The position numbers and the translations under genes were made by a program. The notes under the pieces are model-generated. The model was not told the DNA's origin. It ran no database searches and worked only from the letters and a program-made list of their open reading frames with translations. Below are positions 25,386-38,227 of a stretch of 64,000 nucleotides of DNA, in pieces; position 1 is the first letter of the stretch, and each line of letters opens with the position of its first letter. The stretch is from positions 49,724,001 to 49,788,000 of the forward strand of contig OX597818.1 in the NCBI GenBank assembly GCA_951406725.2, read 5' to 3'. This DNA is from Octopus vulgaris. Its lineage: Eukaryota.

Positions 25386-25874
25386 GATGTGTGTGTGTGT
25401 ATATATATATATAGTGGCACTATTAAAAGTGAAACTATTTATAACTTACTCCATTGAAGGTTTCACTTTTATTCAAGTTTTGAGATATGATACAGAACCA
25501 GTGCCAATGTTGCATCATTTTAATCCCCCAAAAATGACATGACACTTCTGCGGTGTGATAGTATTACCATGTAAAATCTGATTTGATTTGGTTGAGGCAT
25601 TTGAGAATGCATTGGGAACAGACAGAGATACTAAGGACTTTATATGTAGATAATGTTTCTTAGAGGAAGGAAAACCTTGACCTGAATCTTTGCAACAGAG
25701 TGAACTCAGTTAAAATCCTCAATTGTGAGAAGTGGTGTTAAATCAGGTGAGAAATGGAGATGACCACCCAAGAAGAAAACTCTCAATTGTGAGAAGTGGT
25801 GTTAAATCAGGTGAGAAATGATGACCACCCAAGAGCAGGAAGTCTCTGACTAGCATCCACAGTTTTTGTCATTA

Positions 25875-26250
25875 CATTAGCATGCCAGACGAAATGCTTA
25901 TCGGTACTTCATCTGCCGCTACGTTCTGAGTTCAAATTCCACCGAGGTCGACTTTGCCTTTCAATCTTTCGGGGGTCGATTAAATAAGTACCAGTTATGC
26001 ACTGGAGTCAATATAATCGACTTAATCCATTTGTCCTTGTTTGTCTCCTCTGTGTTTAGCCCCTTGTGGGTAGTAAAGAAATAGGTATTTTGTCTGCCGT
26101 TACATTCTGAGTTCAAATTCCACCGAGGTCAACTTTGCCTTTCATCCTTTTGGGGTCGATAAATTAAGTACCATTTGTGTACTGGGGTCGATCTAATTGA
26201 CTGGCCCCCTTTCCCAAAATTTCAAGCCTTGTGCCTAGAGTAGAAAAGAA
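25875..26250 (+). mobile_element. Meta/Nin-like SINE (internally duplicated)
   Basis: Same family as 2479-2797. Confidence 0.75.
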
Positions 26251-26693
26251 TAAATTTCACTCACAAAGATTTGATTGAAGACTCTCTTATTCAAGTTGAC
26301 ACACAGCCAAACAGAAAAGCATGTAGATGTAAAGTGACCTTTCTAACCATACAGCCTTGACAGCATCTATGCTGTGAGACAACTGGGATTTTGATTGATG
26401 TTTCAGACATAGCAATTGAAAGGTTAGTAACATGTTGATATAGAAGGCCTACCTTTAGTCAACTTGGATTTGCTTTTTATTACATTTCCTGTTTTTATTG
26501 ATCTAACCTAAAATGTCTTGCTATATCAATATTAGCAGTAACTTCATTATTTCTATAGGAGGTAGAAGAGGAAAAGGAAGAAATACAGAGTTTAATGTCC
26601 AAAGAGAATATAATGGAAGATACAAAGATCATAGCCAGAGTGAAAAGAAAACAATGTCACTGAAAGAAAGTCACAATTGTAGTTTGGAAAATA

Positions 26694-27260
26694 TTGGGTT
26701 GTCCGGAAAGTTCGTGCCGATTTTTAAAGGAAAGAAAAAGGTCAATAAATACTTGCCATTACATTTTTAATCAACCAAATATGAACCATTTTATTGCACA
26801 ATGCGTCTCCATCTTTCCTTTAACTTGAAAATACCCTCTTCTCAGAATTGAGGTGGTTTTTATGGCAAAAAATTCATCAAGGTATCTTTTTGCGTCATCC
26901 AAGGAATTGAAATTTTTACCATTAAGACTATTCTGTAGAGACTTGAAGAAGTGGAAATCCGAAGGAGCAATATCTGGTGAATATGGAGGGTGGGGTAACA
27001 CATCCCAGCTGAGCTGCAGCAATTTTTGTCTGGTTCCCAAAGCATCAAGTGCCGAAAATGAACTTTCTTATCTTCCATTTTAAAGGGTTACAGAATTAAC
27101 ACAGGTTATAGGAACATAAACCTTCTTCCACGGAAAGATAGCTTAAACTGTGCTCTAAATGGAGGTGTAGTCAAATCCTATTTTATGGACTCAACCATGT
27201 TCTAAAATAAGTCAAAAGGTAAGCTACTATAAATCGGCACAAACTTTCTGGACAACCCAA
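26694..27260 (-). mobile_element. Internally deleted mariner element
   Basis: TIRs ttgggttgtccggaaagttcgtgccgattt / aaatcggcacaaactttctggacaacccaa with TA TSDs (26692-3, 27261-2). The transposase remnants are MEDKKVHFRHLML and WDVLPHPPYSPDIAPSDFHFF. Confidence 0.9.
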
Positions 27261-27378
27261 TAGATTACAAAAAAAAAAAGCATATTTCATTGAAATCAGT
27301 GATTCTCAAACCAGCTAATAACTCCCTCTCATCAAAAACAATATTAGGGAATACTTTTTCTCTGCACTTCTTTATTAA

Positions 27379-27996
27379 CCCTTTAGCATTCAGATTACAC
27401 TGTCAAATATAATATTATCATTGTTTTGAATTAACCAAGGTGGTGAACTGGCAGAATTGTTAGTACGCTAGGCAAAATGCTTAGCAGTATTTCGACTGCC
27501 GCTACGTTCTGAATTCAAATTCCGCCGAGGTCGACTTTGCCTTTCATCCTTTCGGGGTCGATTAAATATGTACTAGTTACGCACTGAGGGTCGATATAAT
27601 CGACTTAATCCGTTTGTCTGTCCTTGTTTGTCCTCTGTGTTTAGCCCCATGTGGGTAGTAAAGAAATAGGTATTTCGTCTGTCATCACGTTCTGAGTTCA
27701 AATGCTGCTGGGGTCAAATTTGCCTTCCGTCCTTTCGGGGTCGATAAAGTACCAGTCATGCACTGGGGTTGATGTAATCAACTGGTCCCCTCCCCAAAAA
27801 TATCAGGATTTGTGCCTATTGTAGAAAGGATTATTTTGAATTAATCATGCATTGTCTCATAGATTTGAGATTTTGACAATGTGACTATTTTTAGAATAAC
27901 ATTGTCAAATAGGTGCAAGAGGCCAGATCAAGCCAGTTAGAACAGAAAACAGGTGGAATATTTTGGCCAGATATGGTCAGTTTAAATTCTAAAGGG
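27379..27996. mobile_element. piggyBac-type MITE with a nested Meta/Nin-like SINE (27438-27830)
   Basis: TTAA|ccctttagcatt ... aattctaaaggg|TTAA. The nested SINE is flanked by ttgttttgaattaa / ttattttgaattaa. Confidence 0.75.
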
Positions 27997-30509
27997 TTAA
28001 TGAGAAGACAAAGATTTGTATTCACATAATTCTTGTTACTTTGCTAGGTTATGGGATAAGTTTAAACATTTCAAAACTGCTCCCTTGTCATATCCATCCC
28101 CATCACTTCCAAGTGGCACTTGTGCCTGTGCTAGTAGGGTGCCAAGAGCACCATCCAAGTGTGATCGTTGCCAGAGCAGCCAACTGACTTCCGTGCCAGT
28201 GGCACGTAAAAGGGCACCATTCGTGTGTGATCGTTACCAACATTGCCTTACTGGCATCTGTGCTGGTGGCATGTGTAAAAAGATTCAAGCGAGGTCGTTA
28301 CCAGTATCGCCTGACTGGCACCTGTGCCAGTGGCACATAAAAAGCACCCACTACACTCTTGGAGTGGTTGGCGTTAGGAAGGGCGTCCAGCTGTAGAAGC
28401 TCTGCCAAATCAAGATTGGAGCCTGGTGCAGCCATCTGGTTTGCCAGCCCTGTCAAAATTGTTCAACCCATGCTAGCATGGAAAGCGGACGTTAAACGAT
28501 GATAATGATTCCCACCCATAGGATTCATAGTCTTGTAAGATGCACAGCAACCTCACTAGGTGGTGGCATGAAAATATCTTAACATAGTGTTAGGAAAGGC
28601 ATTTAGCTATAGAAGCCATACCGAAGTATGTCGTAAAGCATGATACAGTTTTTGGATTAGTCAGATCCTGTTGTAATTGTAGTTGTGATACCTGTGCCAG
28701 TGGCACGTAAAAGAACCATCCGAACATGGCCGTTGCCAGCGCCGCCTTGACTGGCTTCTGTGCCGGTGGCATGTAAAAAGCACCAACCGACCGTGGCCGT
28801 TGCCAGCCTCACCTGGCACGCAAAAAACACCCACTACACTCACGGAGTGGTTGGCATTAGGAAGGGCATCCAGCTGTAGAAACTCTGCCAGATCAGACTG
28901 GAGCCTGGTGCAGCCTTCTGGCTTCCCAGACCCCAGTCAAACCGTCCAACCCATGCTAGCATGGAAAGCAGACGTTAAACGATGATGATGATGTTAAACC
29001 ATGGAATATGGTAAAACTTAGCTAAAAAGTCAAAAAAAAAAAAACACTAGTAAAAAGGTAAATTATATCTAACTTGCTGAGTATCATAAACTCCATTATA
29101 ACAATGAATATTTCCTGCACATAAAAATAATAAAGCCTTAAACACAGTATGAATATATAAATGAAATAAAGGCATTTTTTTATACATAAATGATTTGTCT
29201 ACTTACATTTTAATCCAAACAACCTGGATGGATTCTATCCTCGAGTTAAATATAAATACTTTAAGCAAACAATATTTCAAGTTACCAACTGATGATGTCT
29301 GACTTGAACACAATAGCTCGATTTATTTATTGACATTCTACATATATCATCATCATCGTTTAGCGTCCGCTTTCCATGCCAGCATGGGTTGGACGGTTCA
29401 ACTGGGGTCTGGGAAGCCTGAAGGCTGCACCAGGTCCAGTCTGATCTGGCAATGTTTCTACGGCTGGATGGCCTTCGTAACGCCAACCACACCATGAGTG
29501 TAGTGGGTGCTTTTTACGTGCCACCAGCACAGGTGCTAGGCGAGGCTGGCAACGGCCACGAACGGATGGTGCTTTTTACGTACCGACACGAGGCCAGTCG
29601 GGGTGGCACTGGCAACGTTCGGATGGTTCTCTTACGTGCCACCGGCACTGGTATCACAACTGCAATTTCCATTGATGTTGATCGATTTTGATTCTCACTT
29701 GCCTCAACAGGTCTTCACAAGTAGAGTTTTGTGTCCCAAGAAGGGACACATATATGAAAAGCAAAAATGATTTAATATTTTTAATTAAAGAATGGAACAA
29801 AACAAATTGAAAAATTATTTTTAATTAAGTTTTCCATTTTTCCCCCTGAAGTCATATTTTTATAAACAAAATTTCCTTGACAAATAATTTAGTTTAACTG
29901 ATGTGATGAAGAGAAGGTGCATGACCTACCATACCAGTATTCTAATTACAAGATTGTGGTTTCGATTCCCAGAGTGGGTGGTGCATTGGGTTCTTGAGCA
30001 AAATATTTCATTTCACACTGCTCCAGTCTACTCAGCTGTAAATAGGTCGCCCTGTTGATGGATTGGTGTCCTGTTCAAGGAAAATGTGATCTTGGTCACT
30101 AATGTGCCATGGGAACTGAGGTACTGACCCTGTGTGTCCCCTAGGACTCAACAATAGTACTTACTTGTGGAAAGACTGAAGAGTCACAGAAACCATTTAA
30201 AATGCAGATACAGTATTGATGAGTATGTATTTTTGCAGATGTCTGTGCCAAACTTTTGTGAGGTGATCTTTTACACACACACATTTGAAATGAATACAAA
30301 ATTACAAGATATTTTGAAAGTTCCTCTACACATATTTCCATATTTTACAGACCATTTATCAAATGTATAATATATAGAAATATGAAGTCATTGAAAATAC
30401 TGTCATACACACACAATCATTCCGATTAGATGTGAAAGCAGCAACTGCTAGCTGCACGGTCAGTTTCTTTGCCAATTACATCGTTAGAACCAATTTAATT
30501 CAAAAACTG

Positions 30510-31325
30510 GGGCTAATGCAGTTTCGCACCTCTCCTTGAAAAATGCATAAAAAAAAAACAAATTTTTCTGAATCTACGTTTTACGAATATGCAAAAAAAA
30601 AAATTAACTAAACACATTTAAACTTCGTATACTGGTAGAATGTGTTTATAAAGCATCTTTTTCTCTTGGCTTTATTGAGAAAATTCTATAGTTTGTAAGA
30701 TATTTTTTTCTTCAATTTCAACCAATCACTGACGTCCATTGAGGTAAAAACCATTCTGTGCCGTATGAATATGTCCCTCGTTTAAGAAACAGATTGGGTT
30801 TATTTACATTTCTGAAGAAAAAAAGATACCCTTACCTCCCATCCCTAACTAACTCTAAAACAGATTGAAATGCAATAGATCGATACTAGGGTCATAGTTA
30901 TGGGTGACAATTTCATATAACACCGCTAGAAAAAACTGCTGTTCAAATCAAATCGACAAAATTTAAAACTGGGGGGGGGAGTGAATTTTGAGCCCCTTAT
31001 TAAACTTTATAACATTAATGTTTGTTTCTCATAAAATAGAGTATAATTAATTTACATTAAATTATTATTATTATTTACGGCAAACTCAAGTAAAACGCAA
31101 ATTGTTTTCACTTTAATGTTTTCGTCTGTATTTAATTTCGATTTGCAAATGTTCGTCAATTCGGTACGATCTCTTTAAAGTAAACAAAATCGAAAATTTT
31201 AATTGGGGGAGGGGATAATTTTTTTTGTATATTCATAATCTCCAACATCTAAAACGTAGGAATCCGACAACTTTTTTTTTAAAAAAATACATTTTTCGAA
31301 GAGAGGTGCGAAACTGCATTAGCCC
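30510..31325. mobile_element. Non-autonomous TIR DNA transposon (MULE-like MITE)
   Basis: Perfect 25-bp TIR gggctaatgcagtttcgcacctctc / gagaggtgcgaaactgcattagccc, with further imperfect subterminal symmetry. The TSD is diverged, so the superfamily is uncertain. Confidence 0.7.
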
Positions 31326-31742
31326 TACAAAATCATAATTTCAGGCATACCCCCACAAATGTGGCCCCTCCAAACACACACACCACCGATTTTGTTTCCC
31401 CGAGACTTTCAGAAAACTGGATGTGTTTCATACGGTACAGATTCTGATTATATTGGAATTAGTGTAAAAAGTTTTCTGAAGGTGACGAGGGAAGCCTTTG
31501 AAAATTCAAAGTCAGCGGTTTCTGCATACTTCAAGAAAAATAGGTTTTTTTTTTTTTAATGAAATATTCTGCACATACCCCTCAGATGATGTAGATAACG
31601 ATTATATCGGAATTTAATACGAAGAAAAGAAAAATTTGGTGGGCTCACACACATACACATTCTAAGACACACCAAGTTTTTTCGAAGTCCAGAGCTAAAA
31701 CACTGTAGAAGACGGGTTGGTCACTTAGATTGCCTTTAGTGC

Positions 31743-32023
31743 GGCATTCTTTCGATATAACTCGACAAAATCAAAACATTTCACTTCGGGTATCTCCGTG
31801 GAAGTAAATGACAGTTCGATTCTGTTTTCTGTTTGGAAATTTGCGGATTTTACATACACACATGAAACGGTTAAGAACAAATGTGCAAGGCTTTTTTTTT
31901 TTTTTACTTCAAGTTTAAAATGAGACATTGCTGGCATAATTTCGTTATATCTATACTCCACAACCCACAGAAATACTGAAAGTGAAATGTTTTGATTTTG
32001 TCGAGTTATATCGAAAGAATGTC
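31743..32023. mobile_element. Merlin-like MITE
   Basis: 42-bp perfect inverted repeat at 31745-31786 and 31980-32021 with a GG terminus. The 8-bp TSD tttagtgc lies at 31735-31742 and 32024-32031. Confidence 0.75.
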
Positions 32024-32271
32024 TTTAGTGCAAGCAATTCCTCATCGGGGCAGAATGTTCACATCTTCGTAGAAAGTATTGCTTCAAGATGATACAGAAA
32101 ACACTTACTCAGCAAGCTTTAGTGAATTTCTTCTATTGAAGATTAATTACCAAAGCAATGAAATAAACAGAATTTGTCACGAGTTATGAAAAACAAAGAT
32201 TTATATTCTGTAGCACTTGTTTTAACGCGCAAGATCTAGGTTTAGTCCCTTGTGGGCAATAAAGAAATAAG

Positions 32272-32311
32272 GGTTAATATCTAGATCCGGGTGCGGATCT
32301 AGATATTAACC
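32272..32311. mobile_element. 40-bp hairpin mini-transposon (Merlin-like)
   Basis: ggttaatatctagatccg-ggtg-cggatctagatattaacc with 8-bp direct repeats gaaataag at 32264-32271 and 32312-32319. Confidence 0.65.
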
Positions 32312-33680
32312 GAAATAAGATCTATGTTTACAATCGACGAGAAGCAAATTAAACTACATCCAAGACGGTGCTGCAGTCCAATGACAAACATATAAGAGAT
32401 AAAAGAATCTCCGTAGTTTATTTCATTGGTAGCTCAACCTGTCACAGAAAATATCAATAGCTTCGAATCGACTCGGGAAATTCTATAGTGGCTCGACCTG
32501 CAAGAATTAGCTGAATTTCGTTGAAATCACACTCCTGCTGTCTTAAAACGCCCATTAAATTTTGCTGCCAGGTGTCCGGTATCTTTGAGGTTATGGATAA
32601 ATAATCTAATTACAGCTCTTGGTCTGGCGAGACGAAGCAACAGAAAAAGTTTTAATACCAGCGAACATATTAGCTCCCAAAAAATCTTTAGATTCATGTC
32701 TGTATAGTTTGAATACAAAACAAACTTGACTTCCAAATAGGATTTTAATTAGTATTGCTAATGAAGACGAGCATTTTAAGATTCAGAAAGATCACTTAAG
32801 GCCAATTAATGATGCTAACTGCCACAACCATTTCTTACTAGAGAAAATTCATGTGACCTGTAAATATTTATTTATTTGTAATAATTTATCGTAATAAATT
32901 ATCGAAACTTTATTTCTAATATATTCAAGAAGATACTCGGAGTTTTATATAACACTAATTTAATAAAAAGAAATTGTCGCCTCACTCATGTGTGCTTTAA
33001 AAATAAAAACATCAAGTTAAACAATCTCACATTTAACATATAAAGAAATGAAATAACTCGGTTACACGTTGGCAAAAAATGGGAGTGTGTGGGGAAACAA
33101 AACTGGGAAATCCAAGAAAAATATAGGACAAAATGAAAAGTGATATAATGCAATTTAATTGGCACAAACTAGGGTAAAATTACAGATTTATCGGGTGTTA
33201 ATCTTTAATTTTACCCAAACGGGCTCATACCATAAGAACTGAAAAAGAGATTTTAAAAATTAAGCAAAAAACTAAATAAAATCTTTTTTTTTTTATTTTG
33301 GATATTTTGGACATAAAAATATCGATGAGATACAAGCATTGAAGTAAAATAGAATAATGTAACGAGATTTACAATACATTATCGAATGCATTGGTTTAAC
33401 CATGTAAAGACCACTTTCATTTTTGTTTTTTAATGTTTTTTTTTCTACGTAGTATGAAACATTTTCAGTGAGTCCAATGTATAAACAAAAGACGGTATAT
33501 ACACGAACTGAAAGAAAAAAAAGAATGGTAAAGTCGTGGTAGGTGTTGCCTGGATATACCAATTAGTGAGGCTTTTATACCAATTAATGAGGCTTTTAAA
33601 ACAAATCATTATTCCAAACAGAACGAAGAAGCGAATGAATGTTGGTTCTTACAAGAGCGGTCGGCAGATCCAGTTACATT

Positions 33681-33893
33681 CTACAGTGTTTCGACATGTG
33701 TGACAGTTTTCCCGGTTTTCTTTAAAACTTCCAAAACATAGTCAGCCGATTGTGTAGTTGTAACTAATACAGTTTTCGTCTCGTAACTCACATCAACTTT
33801 CTCAATATTCTCGGCCTTTGAGAGGACCCTCTTCGCAGCTGACGTACAGCCATCACAGGTCATATCCACGTGGAATTTGTGTGTTTGAGACAT
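33681..33893 (-). CDS. ATOX1: Copper transport protein / copper chaperone ATOX1 (HMA domain), single-exon CDS
   Basis: 70 aa, MSQTHKFHVDMTCDGCTSAAKRVLSK...EVLKKTGKTV. It has the MxCxxC copper site and the conserved LKKTGK loop of the Atox1/Atx1 family, with an intact ATG-to-stop frame. Confidence 0.93.
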   Translation of the reverse strand: MSQTHKFHVDMTCDGCTSAAKRVLSKAENIEKVDVSYETKTVLVTTTQSADYVLEVLKKTGKTVTHVETL

Positions 33894-35601
33894 ATTGCAG
33901 GGGTAGATTCAGAGGACAGCAAGCAACACCGATGTGATCTGAAGCAGAATCAAAGGGCACCTGTTACATATATTTAGTCAACAACTATTATCAATATCCG
34001 GTTTACTTTCGTATAATTTATCTATAAAACGAAAATTGCCAAATCTTATTTTTGAAATATGCAAATTTATTTTTAATTTTTGGAAATTCAAAATAGTACA
34101 CAAAGCAAATAGAATTATTATAGATTTTATATATTTTCTCAAAGATACCAAAATAATGTCCGTATGACGGTAATTTTGCTCCGTTCATGTCATGTTGACC
34201 TACTTTTTTATCAGATTATTTTGATAAGGGTATGAAATGAATTTAAAACTAAACGATAAAATATACACAGGTTGAATTAAAGCTCATGTGTGTGTGTGTA
34301 CGCGAGTACACACACACACATACTAGCGCAAACACGCTATCTTAGGATAATTCCTTTATCACTGACATTGGTTTTCATACATGTTGACCTTCCTTTTGAT
34401 AGACTGTAGGATGAGTAATTAGGGGGAAATTTTTCTTGTTATTTCTAGCTTGAGTAGACCCACTATGAAAGCCTTCCATCCATATTTCTGTAGGTATATC
34501 AGGAACTATATTCTATTTACTTTATTACCCACAAGGCACCTTGCCAGCCCCGTCTGGCACCTGTGCCGGTGGCACGTAAAAGGCACCCACTACACTCACA
34601 GAGTGGTTGGCGTTAGGAAGGGCATCCAGCCGTAGAAACATTGCCAGATCAGACTGGGCCTGGTGCAGCCTTCTGGCTTCCCAGACCCCAGTTGAACCGT
34701 CCAACCCATGCTAGCGTGGAAAACGGACGCTAAATGATGATGATGATGAAGGGGCTAAACATAGACGGGACAGACAAACGAATTAAGTCGATTACATCGA
34801 CCCCAGTGCGTAACTGGTACTTAATTTATCGACCCCGAAAGGATGAAAGGCAAAGTCGATCTCGGCGGAATTTTGCAGGAACTATATTCTGTAGTTTGAA
34901 AGTTGTAGCATGTGGTTTGAGGGAACGCTGGCTCTGCATTTAGCTGGTTAATCTGTAGTGAAGTTGATCCCCGGAGTATGGTTGATTCACAAACCTATGA
35001 TAACTTGGTAAACACCCACAAAGTTATCAACCACCTCACCAACAACAACACCGAACACCTTTTTGATCTCCATGTGTCTAACACACGTGGACATGCCTAC
35101 AAAGTCAGAAAACAACACAGCTCCCATGACTTTCGGAAACATTTTTTCGCGTTCAGAGTTGCTGAAGCATGGAACAAATTGCCTGCGTCAGTTGTTGACT
35201 GCCATGACACTGCATCCTTTAAGGCCCTCATGCTTTCCGAAATCCGCCAAAACTACACCTGATTATATATGCACTTTAGATGAGTTGTAGTGCACCTGAG
35301 CACTGTACACAATGTTTTTATTATTATTATAAAAGCCTGTGTATTTGTGTCCGTTGTTTTCAGATTTGAGTGAATTGGGCTAAGATTTACCTGCTTTTTC
35401 TATCAGACATGATGGCCACTCAGAAATTCTGCCACTAGTTGCTACATAGATGTTCCCTTACACATTACTGTTTAAACTGACGTTTAGTTTTGGTTCGGCA
35501 GACCTAGGATTAAAGGCATTCCAACCATGACATTTTTTAAAGACATAAGTGTGATTTGAGAGAAAGTAACACACACACACATATATATGCACATACTTAT
35601 A

Positions 35602-36009
35602 TACTCTTTACTCTTTTTCTCTCTTTTACTTGTTTCAGTCATTTGACTGCGGCCATGCTGCAGCACCGCCTTTAGTCGAGCAAATTGACCCCAGAGCTTA
35701 TTCTTTGTAAGCCCAGTACTTATTCTGTCGGTCTCTTTTGCCGAACCGCTAAGTGATGGGGACGTAAACACACCAGCATCGGTTGTCAAGCAATGCTAGG
35801 GGGACAAATACAGACACACAAACATATACACACACATACATATATACGACAGGTTTCTTTCAGTTTCCGTCTACCAAATCCAATCACAAGGCATTGGTTG
35901 GCCCGGGGCTATAGCAGAAGACACTTGCCCAAGATGCCACACAGTGGGACTGAACCCGGAACCATGTGGTTGGTAAGCAAGCTACTTACCACACAGCCAC
36001 TCCTGCACC
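35602..36009 (-). mobile_element. CORE-like SINE, full length
   Basis: Reverse complement of the family consensus seen at 49317 and 59053. Confidence 0.85.
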
Positions 36010-36700
36010 TATATATAAATATTCTTTTACCAATTTCAGTCATTTGACTGTGACCATGTTGGAGCACCACCTTAATAGGTTTTAGTTACAAAGATCAACT
36101 CCAGGACTTATACTTTGTATGTCTAGTACTGATTCTATCGATTTCTTTTGCCGAACCATTACGCTATGGGGGCATTAACACACCAGCATCGGTTGTCAAG
36201 TGATGGCAGTGGGGACAAACACACACACACACACAAACACACACACATATATATAACAGAAAGAATCCCATTGTGTGTAGTGCCAGTGGCACTTAAAAGT
36301 CACCTTACTGGCACTCGAGCCCCGTGCTAGTAGGGTATTAAGAGCACCACCCAAGCGTAATCATTGCCAGAGCACCTATCTGGCCTCCATGCTGGTGGCA
36401 CATAAAAGACCATTCTAGCGTGATTGTTGCCAGCATCGCCTTACTGGTACCTGTGCTGGTGGCATGTGTAAAAGATTCAAGCATGTGTAAACGATTGCCA
36501 GTACCGCCTGAGTGGCCCCGTGCTGGTGGCACATAAAAAGCACCCACTACACTCTCAGAGTTGTTGGCGTTAGGAAGGGCATCCAGCTGTAGAAACTCTG
36601 CCAGATCAAGATTGAAGCCTGGTGCAACCATCTGGTTCACCAGCCCTCAGCCATTCGCCCAACCCATGCTAGCATGGAAAGCGGACATTAAACGATGATG

Positions 36701-36737
<37 letters not shown>

Positions 36738-37342
36738 TTCATTTTGGGATTTGGTTTGCAAGATTCTTTATGTGAGTTCATGTGTTGAAGAATATTCTTC
36801 TGTGTCTGGGGAGAGTCATTCTCTTTTGGTGCCTTATAATTTAACACACTCACCAGTAAAATTACCACTTATTTCTTATTTTTATTTTCCTAAAATTTTC
36901 GTTGCGTCTTGCAACCTTTTCAATAGTCTTGACTCTGTCCATTATTTACACTGCTTTCCTTTTTCTTTGTTTGTTTGAAAATTTTAGGAAAATAAAAATA
37001 AAAAATAAGTGGAAATTTTACCGGTGAGTGTTTTAAATAATAAGGCACAAAAAGAACATGACTCTCCCCAGACACAACAGTATATATATATATATATAAA
37101 CTGAAAGGAGCCTGTTGTATATATACAACAGGCTTCTTTCAGTTTCCATCTACCAAATCCACTCACAAAGCTTTGGTCATCCCAAGGCTATAGTAGAAGT
37201 CACTTGCCCAAGGGTGCCATGCAGTGGGACTGAACCGCAAGCCATGTGGCTGGGAAGCAAGCTTCTTTATCTCTTTTAGATTGCCATAAAGACATTGCAC
37301 AGAGAGGGACACTACAACACATGTGGGGACATATAACATGCA

Positions 37343-37377
<35 letters not shown>

Positions 37378-38227
37378 TTTTATATATGAACCTATATTGT
37401 GTCAGATGACATTTCAAGGTGTTCAGATATAAAGTGTGATAAAAATTTCAGTAGTTCAAATTTTGACTTTATTTATTTGTTTTGTGAATGATTTTTATCA
37501 ATTTTTTCATTGGGGACCAGATGGAATTTTCTGAGGGAGATTTTCAACATCTGGATATCCTTCTTGTCACCAACTCTCACTTGTTTCCAAAGCAAGTTAA
37601 TATTTCCCCTTTGATTGAATCAGCATCTAAAATGCATTGAGAAAGAAAAACAAAAAACAAAAAAACTACTTTCATCTCTAGTGTAAAAGAAAGCTTATTT
37701 GTTAATCTGTATAATTAGCGGTCCAGTTATCATCATCATCATTGTTGTCATCTGACGTCCGTTTTCCATACTGGCATGGGCTGGATGGTTTGACTGAAGT
37801 CTGCAGAACCAGCAGCTGCACCAGGCTCCAATCTAATCTGGCAAAGTTTCTACAGCTGGATGCCCTTACTAACGCCAACCACTCCAAGAGTGTAGTGGAT
37901 GCTTTTTACGTGCCACCAGCATGGGGGCCAGTCAGGCGGTACTGGCAACGACCTCGCTCAAATCTTTTTACACATGCCACCAGCACAGGTGCCAGTAAGG
38001 CGACGTTGATAACGATAGGCAACGTTGGTAACATTGTGTAATAATGTTAGCATATCTTTTCTTCTACAACCACTCTGAGAGTGTAGTGAGTGCTTTTTAT
38101 GTGCCACTGGCACAGGAGCCAGTCAGGCGGGCCTGGCATCAATCACGTTCCGATAGTGCTTTTTACATGTCACTGGCACGGGAGCCAGTCAGTGGCTATA
38201 AGCAATAAATATAATACAAATTACCTC

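Noticed and set aside
25715-25845. About 63-bp tandem duplication with mariner-like residues (DDHPRAG)
   Set aside because: It is too short and decayed to call, and is probably a mariner scrap.
34286-34326. Hairpin followed by CTAG as a Helitron 3' end
   Set aside because: CTAG is only 1 nt from the stem, is followed by C rather than T, and no matching 5' TC end is evident.
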